This document shows positions 58,736 to 64,000 of a stretch of 64,000 nucleotides of DNA, piece by piece. Numbering within the stretch: position 1 is the stretch's first letter; each line of letters starts with the position of its first letter. The DNA comes from Candidatus Nanopelagicales bacterium (GTDB lineage: Bacteria; Actinomycetota; Actinomycetes; S36-B12). The notes beneath the pieces were generated by a model, which saw nothing but the letters and a program-made list of their open reading frames with translations, was not told the origin of the DNA and did not search any database. Made by a program: the position numbers and the translations under genes. The stretch is taken from assembly GCA_018609125.1 (NCBI GenBank), contig JABAYF010000024.1, positions 14,722 through 78,721 of the forward strand, written 5' to 3'.

Positions 58736-59724
58736 CCTGGCGTCGGGTTCTTGTTACGGGTGGTGCCGGCTTCATTGGTTCTCACTATGTACGGCGAGCT
58801 TTGGATGCTGAAAAATTGGCCACCACAGTGCCTTTTCCTGATCTATCTGAACTTATCGTGCTCGACAAGCTCACCTACGCGGGAAATATGGCCAATCTTG
58901 GCCCGGTGGCCCACGACTCTCGGCTGCGTTTTGTGCACGGAGATATTTGTGATGCGCAGTTGCTTGACGATGTGTTAACCGGGGTTGATGCGGTCATCAA
59001 CTTCGCTGCCGAAACCCACGTGGATCGTTCCATTCATGGCCCACAGGACTTCATCATCACCAATGTGGTGGGCGCCCAAACCCTGTTTGATGCGTGTCTA
59101 AGAAACGATGTGTCGCGCGTGGTTCATATCGGAACTGATGAAGTATACGGCTCAATTGATGTGGGTTCGTGGACTGAAGATTCACCGCTGCAGCCGAATT
59201 CACCGTACTCAGCGGCAAAGGCTGCGGCTGAAATGCTCGTGCGCGCCTATCACGCGACCTACGGCATGTGTATTAGTAGCACTCGTTGCTCAAATAATTA
59301 CGGGCCCTATCAGTTTCCGGAAAAGGTGATCCCTGCGTTCGTCACCCGTCTACTCCTCGGCGAAAAAGTGCCCCTCTACGGGGACGGACAGAATGTGCGC
59401 GACTGGCTACACGTTGATGACCACTGCCAAGGAATTGATGTGGTGCTCAACCGCGGCGAGCCCGGTGCCTCGTACAACATCGGTGGCGGCGAAGAACTCA
59501 CCAACCGCGAGCTCACCGCACACATCCTCAACTCCTTGCAGCGCGACTGGGACACCTGCGTGGAGTACGTTCCCGACCGTCTGGGCCATGATCGTCGCTA
59601 CAGCGTGAACGACAGTCGACTCCGGACCCTTGGCTACTCTCCGAAGAATAGTTTTGCCCAGGGATTAGCAGACACGGTCGCCTGGTATGTCGATCATCGC
59701 CCCTGGTGGGAACCGCTGCTCTAG
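58732..59724 (+). CDS. rmlB: dTDP-glucose 4,6-dehydratase
   Basis: Start trimmed to GTG 58732 (GTGA overlap with the upstream stop). VTGGAGFIGS, catalytic YSAAKAA, DRRY near the C-terminus. Confidence 0.9.
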   Translation: MTWRRVLVTGGAGFIGSHYVRRALDAEKLATTVPFPDLSELIVLDKLTYAGNMANLGPVAHDSRLRFVHGDICDAQLLDDVLTGVDAVINFAAETHVDRSIHGPQDFIITNVVGAQTLFDACLRNDVSRVVHIGTDEVYGSIDVGSWTEDSPLQPNSPYSAAKAAAEMLVRAYHATYGMCISSTRCSNNYGPYQFPEKVIPAFVTRLLLGEKVPLYGDGQNVRDWLHVDDHCQGIDVVLNRGEPGASYNIGGGEELTNRELTAHILNSLQRDWDTCVEYVPDRLGHDRRYSVNDSRLRTLGYSPKNSFAQGLADTVAWYVDHRPWWEPLL

Positions 59725-59823
59725 CGGATCTTCGCGCAGCTACGACCGCGGCTAGATCCGACCCCGTCGCTGAATTTACCGGAGTGACCGCGTGGATTGC
59801 GGACGGGTGAGAAGGTAGCGCTC

Positions 59824-61311
59824 GTGAGCACCAATACCCCGACCGGTGAGCGGACCTTCATGGGCCAACCACGTGGACTGGCCACTCTTTTCCTCACCGA
59901 AATGTGGGAGCGGTTTTCCTACTACGGGATGCGCGCCATCCTGGTGCTCTACCTGATCGCCCCACCCGATGGCGCCGCTCCTCCAGGAGCAGGGCTGGGG
60001 CTTACCGTCGCGGTGGCCGCGGCCATCTATGGGTCATACTCCTCTCTCATCTACCTGCTGCCCCTTGCCGGTGGCTGGGTTGCCGACCGTCTCACCGGAC
60101 CGCGCCGAGCCGTGCTCATGGGTGGCATCGTGATTGCTGCGGGGCACTTCATGATGGCCGTACCCGTGCAATTGCTGTTCTGGGTGGGCCTGGTGGTGGT
60201 CGCTGCTGGCACCGGACTTTTGAAGCCGAGTATTTCTGCGATCGTCGGCGACCTTTACACCCCGCACGACACCCGCCGCGACAGCGGATTCTCGTTGTTC
60301 TACATGGGTATCAACCTCGGTGCCTTCATCGCGCCCTTGATCGTGGGCTGGCTGGCCGAATCGGTGAGCTGGCACATCGCCTTCCTCGCAGCAGGCATCG
60401 GCATGCTGATTGGCATCTGCCAGTACGTGATCGGTGGAAAGGGTCTAGGCGAGGCTGGCAAGGCTGTACCCAAGCCTGCTACTCGTCGCGAAAAAGTGAA
60501 CGCCGGTCGGCTACTCGGCATCGTGATTATTGGCGTTGCTGCGGTACTCATCATTGACGTGCTGCTGTTCGGTTTCAGTGTCGACTTCATCACCATTGCA
60601 CTGAGCATCACCGTGATCAGCGTGGCCATCGCCTACTTCTATCGCCTGTTTAGAAATCCCGATCTCACTCCGGTTGACCGCGAGCGAGTCAAAGCATTTG
60701 CCTACCTGTTTTTGGCCGCGGTCGTGTTCTGGGCGATCTATGACCAGTCCGGTTCCACCCTTACCGAATTCGCCCAGGAGTACACCAACACCACCTTCGG
60801 TAACTTCCAAATGCCGGTGGCCTGGCTGCAGTCAATCAACCCGATCTTCATCATTATTTTCGCCCCGATTTTTGCCGGTATCTGGAGCTATCTTGGCAAT
60901 CGGGCACCGTCCACCCCGGCCAAATTTGGGATCGCGATCTTTGGTGTGGGATTGTCCTTCCTCATCATGATTCCCCCGGCCATGGCCGCTGAAACCGCCC
61001 AAGAATCTGCCGTGTGGTGGTTGGTGGGTGTCTACCTCGTGCAAACCTGGTCTGAGTTGCTACTGAGCCCCAACGGTCTGTCTGCCACCACCAAACTGGC
61101 ACCGGCTGGATTGCTAAGCCAGATGCTGGCGCTGTGGTTCTTGGCCACCGCAGTGGGTGACTCGATCGGCGGTCAGGTCGTACGTCTAGTAGAGATCGTC
61201 GGTTACTCCTGGTACTTCGCCATCCTAGGTCTGGGCACGATTCTCATTGGCGTGCTGTTTACCTTCTTCATCAAGAAAATTCGTGCTCTCATGGAGGGCG
61301 TAGACAACTAG
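59824..61311 (+). CDS. POT/PTR2 family proton-dependent oligopeptide transporter
   Basis: ERFSYYGMRAIL signature. Start set to GTG 59824 (GAGAAGG upstream). Confidence 0.9.
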   Translation: MSTNTPTGERTFMGQPRGLATLFLTEMWERFSYYGMRAILVLYLIAPPDGAAPPGAGLGLTVAVAAAIYGSYSSLIYLLPLAGGWVADRLTGPRRAVLMGGIVIAAGHFMMAVPVQLLFWVGLVVVAAGTGLLKPSISAIVGDLYTPHDTRRDSGFSLFYMGINLGAFIAPLIVGWLAESVSWHIAFLAAGIGMLIGICQYVIGGKGLGEAGKAVPKPATRREKVNAGRLLGIVIIGVAAVLIIDVLLFGFSVDFITIALSITVISVAIAYFYRLFRNPDLTPVDRERVKAFAYLFLAAVVFWAIYDQSGSTLTEFAQEYTNTTFGNFQMPVAWLQSINPIFIIIFAPIFAGIWSYLGNRAPSTPAKFGIAIFGVGLSFLIMIPPAMAAETAQESAVWWLVGVYLVQTWSELLLSPNGLSATTKLAPAGLLSQMLALWFLATAVGDSIGGQVVRLVEIVGYSWYFAILGLGTILIGVLFTFFIKKIRALMEGVDN

Positions 61312-61518
61312 CGCAGGTAATCGCTCATGTCCGCCCACGGTATTCCACGTAAAAAATGAGGTGACCGATACCTTGTTGCGGCGTAGCAGTTTTGAAGCCG
61401 ACCTTGACCGAGTTATGCCATCGTCGATGGTGATGAATACAACGGTTTCTTGGTAGGAACGCGATAGCTGCCGCCACTACCCCGGCCCACTGAACACTAT
61501 GAGCCGTGCGCAATTCCC

Positions 61519-62145
61519 CTAACCGACGCTGTCCACAACCGGAGCCAGGCCCACACTTCGTTGCCGAGCGTGGGTGTCGCCACACTCGGTAAGCCAGTTG
61601 GCCAGCAATAAATGTCCACCCTCGGTCAGCACTGATTCAGGATGAAACTGCACCCCCTCCACCGCAAGAGTGTTGTGGCGCAGACCCATGATGATGCCGG
61701 TATCGGTGGTGGCTGTCACGTGTAGTTGCTCCGGCACGGAGTCTGGCTCAACCGCTAAAGAGTGGTACCTGGTAGCAATAAACCCATCGGGTAGGCCAGC
61801 CAGAACCCCCTCACCACGATGGCTGATCCGCGAGGTTTTCCCATGCAATAGTTCCGGCGCTCGATCCACCACGGCGCCGTAAGCTGCCGCAATCACCTGG
61901 TGGCCAAGACACACACCCAGGATCGGTACCCGGCCAGCAACTCGTTCCACGATCTCGGTGCACACACCCGCTTGCGCCGGCGTGCCCGGACCGGGTGAGA
62001 GCAATACGCCGTCGTAGTCCAGTGCAACGCAGGCTTCAACCTCATCATTGCGACGCACATCAACCTGTGCACCAAGCTGGGCCAGATACTGCACGAGGTT
62101 GAACACAAAGGAGTCATAGTTGTCGATGACCAGGATGCGTGTCAC
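61519..62145 (-). CDS. trpG: aminodeoxychorismate/anthranilate synthase component II (glutamine amidotransferase)
   Basis: GVCLGHQ nucleophile elbow and FHPES motif. 208 aa. Confidence 0.9.
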   Translation of the reverse strand: MTRILVIDNYDSFVFNLVQYLAQLGAQVDVRRNDEVEACVALDYDGVLLSPGPGTPAQAGVCTEIVERVAGRVPILGVCLGHQVIAAAYGAVVDRAPELLHGKTSRISHRGEGVLAGLPDGFIATRYHSLAVEPDSVPEQLHVTATTDTGIIMGLRHNTLAVEGVQFHPESVLTEGGHLLLANWLTECGDTHARQRSVGLAPVVDSVG

Positions 62146-62245
62146 GTCTCCAGTGTGGCCTACGGCTAGGCTGGCGGGTACGTAAGGCGGTCACGAGTTT
62201 GGTAAAGCCGTCTCAGCAGGTAATTCACCACCGCAGGAGGACCCC

Positions 62246-62509
62246 GTGCCTGAATCCAAAGGCCGCAAGAAAGACAACTACGAGCCCCCCGCGGCCAAAA
62301 ACAACCGCACCCCGGTAAAGCTGGGCTCTGGTGCTTGGGTGGCACCCACCATGGTGGCCCTGTTCATCATCGGCCTGGTTTACATCGTCATCTTTTACAT
62401 TGCCGGCCAAGACATCCCGATCATGCGTGATCTGAACCCGCTGGTCAATGTCATCATCGGCTTCGCTTTCATCACCGGCGGCTTCGTGGTCTCCACCCGC
62501 TGGAAATAG
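62246..62509 (+). CDS. crgA: cell division protein CrgA
   Basis: 87 aa with a basic N-terminus plus two TM helices, ending STRWK. GTG start with GGAGGA 5 nt upstream. Conserved position next to trpG/rhomboid/ppiA. Confidence 0.9.
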   Translation: MPESKGRKKDNYEPPAAKNNRTPVKLGSGAWVAPTMVALFIIGLVYIVIFYIAGQDIPIMRDLNPLVNVIIGFAFITGGFVVSTRWK

Positions 62510-62543
62510 CGCAGCAACTCACATCCGTGTAGTTCTCCCCAAC

Positions 62544-62564
62544 TGGGGATAACGCTGTGGATAA
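62544..62564. promoter_or_regulatory. tandem pair of DnaA-box-like 9-mers, 12 bp apart
   Basis: TGGGGATAA at 62544-62552 and TGTGGATAA at 62556-62564, in the 61-bp convergent gap between crgA and the rhomboid gene. Confidence 0.4.
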
Positions 62565-62570
62565 CCCTCT

Positions 62571-63473
62571 TTAGGTAATGCCCAATGGCGCCACATAGTC
62601 CGCAATCTGACCTGTACGCCACGCGGTGACTACCACGAGCATCAGTAGTACGACCACCGTGCCAGACACCTGCCACAGTGACCGCCGGCTTCGAAACAGT
62701 TGCGGGGTGTAGACCAGAATTGCTGCCATCGCGGCACCCACCACCAACCCACCTAAATGGGCGCGCCAATCGACTCCGGGGGCGATGAAACCAATCACCA
62801 CATTGATGCCGAGAAGTACCGCCACCTGTCGAATATCGGTCCTTAGCCGGCGACCAGCCACGATAAGGGCGCCCATGAGCCCAAAAATCGCACCGGATGC
62901 ACCCACCGACACCGTGCGGATATCAGAAAAAGCATAGGAGGTCACGCTGCCACCGAGCGCTGCCACCAAGTACAACAGCAGAAACCGGGCGTGGCCCAAA
63001 ATACGCTCCAATGGCGGGCCGAGCACAAAGAGCACGTACATGTTGAAGGCAATGTGCAGAATTGAGCCATGCAGGAAGGCTGAGGTCACCAGTCGCCACC
63101 ACTGGTCGTCGATTGCAATGCCAAAGGGCCACATACCGTAGTCAATGGCGAGGGTGTTAATGCCCACCGCGAGTTGCAGCAAAAATGCCGCCAGGTTAAT
63201 GCCGATGACGACATAGGTCACGCGTGGTTTGGCAATCAGCGCACCACCGGCGACCGTCGTTGCCGTTCGGATCGACGCCGCACCTGCCCGAACGCAGTCG
63301 GGGCACTGGAAACCCACGGCTGCCTGGTTCATGCACTCCGGGCAGATTGGTGCGTTACATCGGGTGCACCGCACGAAAGTAGGACGATCCGGATGCCGGA
63401 TGCAGCCGGGTGGTGGTGCGGGAGATCCATCCAGTGGTGAACCTCCCGGTGGTGGCGGTGGATGGGTGCTCAC
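62571..63473 (-). CDS. rhomboid family intramembrane serine protease with N-terminal zinc-ribbon
   Basis: CxxC...CxxC...CxxC N-terminal region. Catalytic GASGAIFG and AHLGG motifs in TM segments. Confidence 0.9.
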   Translation of the reverse strand: MSTHPPPPPGGSPLDGSPAPPPGCIRHPDRPTFVRCTRCNAPICPECMNQAAVGFQCPDCVRAGAASIRTATTVAGGALIAKPRVTYVVIGINLAAFLLQLAVGINTLAIDYGMWPFGIAIDDQWWRLVTSAFLHGSILHIAFNMYVLFVLGPPLERILGHARFLLLYLVAALGGSVTSYAFSDIRTVSVGASGAIFGLMGALIVAGRRLRTDIRQVAVLLGINVVIGFIAPGVDWRAHLGGLVVGAAMAAILVYTPQLFRSRRSLWQVSGTVVVLLMLVVVTAWRTGQIADYVAPLGIT

Positions 63474-64000
63474 CCGCGATGAATGGTGATTCCGGTGATC
63501 GCGATGGGCTCGACGGGTCGATCTTGACCGCCGGTAGCGACACCACCCATGGCATCAATCACGTCGCGTGAGGGTTGATCTGCTACCTCACCGAAAATGG
63601 TGTGCTTGCGGTTCAACCACGTGGTGGGCGCGAGGGTGATGAAGAACTGCGAGCCATTGGTGTTCGCACCAGCATTGGCCATAGCAAGAAGATAGGGCCG
63701 GTCGAAGGACAGCTCAGGATGAAACTCATCGTTAAAGCGATAGCCCGGGCCACCGGTACCCGTGCCGAGAGGATCGCCACCTTGAATCATAAATCCAGAA
63801 ATGATGCGATGAAAAATCGTGCCGTCGTACAGCGGCGCAGTGCTCTTCGCGCGCGCTACGGGGTCGGTCCATTCCATGGTGCCCTCAGCAAGACCAACAA
63901 AGTTGTCAACGGTCTTGGGTGCATGATCAGGAAATAGGTTGACGTTGATGTCGCCCATCGAGGTGTGCAGTGTTGCGGACAGGTTGGATGTAGGAGAAGA
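63470..64000 (-). CDS. ppiA: peptidyl-prolyl cis-trans isomerase (cyclophilin); 5' end probably beyond the window edge
   Basis: FHRIISGFMIQGGDP and NGSQFFIT motifs. The frame stays open upstream of the ATG at 63958 to position 64000 (SPTSNLSATLHTS), as in longer actinobacterial PpiA N-termini. Confidence 0.9.
   Translation of the reverse strand, partial: SSPTSNLSATLHTSMGDINVNLFPDHAPKTVDNFVGLAEGTMEWTDPVARAKSTAPLYDGTIFHRIISGFMIQGGDPLGTGTGGPGYRFNDEFHPELSFDRPYLLAMANAGANTNGSQFFITLAPTTWLNRKHTIFGEVADQPSRDVIDAMGGVATGGQDRPVEPIAITGITIHRG

Noticed and set aside
61325-61585. 86-aa minus-strand ORF in the trpG/POT spacer, and a search for a tRNA there.
   Set aside because: The ORF overlaps the trpG 3' end, is Arg/His/Trp-rich and has no RBS. 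I found no T-loop (GTTCGAATC-like) or acceptor-stem pairing for a tRNA.

Overview
GC-rich, very gene-dense chromosomal segment. I could not compute GC or coding density. About 63 CDS are called, many with 4-nt overlaps, and many gene families and gene orders are typical of Actinomycetota: crgA, a rhomboid-ppiA-trpG neighbourhood, DUF3151 next to an aldolase and purA, DUF4446-pheA, DUF5926, DUF6457-moeA and dnaB. I cannot place it more precisely. Main content, left to right: cydDC-type thiol exporter pair; class-III aminotransferase and MFS transporter; SulP/STAS transporter followed by a glutaredoxin-like::thioredoxin-reductase fusion; a LIV-type ABC importer with an embedded acyl-CoA ligase; dnaB; a MATE exporter; a response regulator - histidine kinase - GerMN lipoprotein - ECF sigma operon; mobA; an 8-kb atu-like operon (biotin carboxylase, AtuA, TetR, acyl-CoA dehydrogenase, enoyl-CoA hydratase); DUF6457-moeA; a K+ channel; a SET-domain protein; serS; TrpB2; pheA; purA; class I aldolase; pyrE; a kinase-less PASTA protein; rmlB; a POT transporter; trpG-crgA-rhomboid-ppiA. 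I saw no rRNA, tRNA, CRISPR array, transposase, integrase or recognisable defence or toxin module, so this is mostly ordinary core genome. The observations most worth a second look are below. (1) The two-component/lipoprotein/ECF-sigma module has no anti-sigma gene and has a 27-codon membrane micro-ORF upstream. (2) Twin TTGACA-N4-TGTCAA palindromes overlap an apparently leaderless promoter of the atu-like operon. (3) Same-orientation DnaA-box-like 9-mers cluster upstream of dnaB, and a similar tandem pair lies downstream of crgA. (4) A nested GC-rich inverted-repeat element with two C6 runs, possibly a 6C-type sRNA, sits upstream of cydD. (5) The Grx::TrxR fusion has a degenerate NADPH motif. 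(6) A PASTA protein lacks a kinase domain. All functional calls come from reading motifs in the supplied translations, since no database search was possible.
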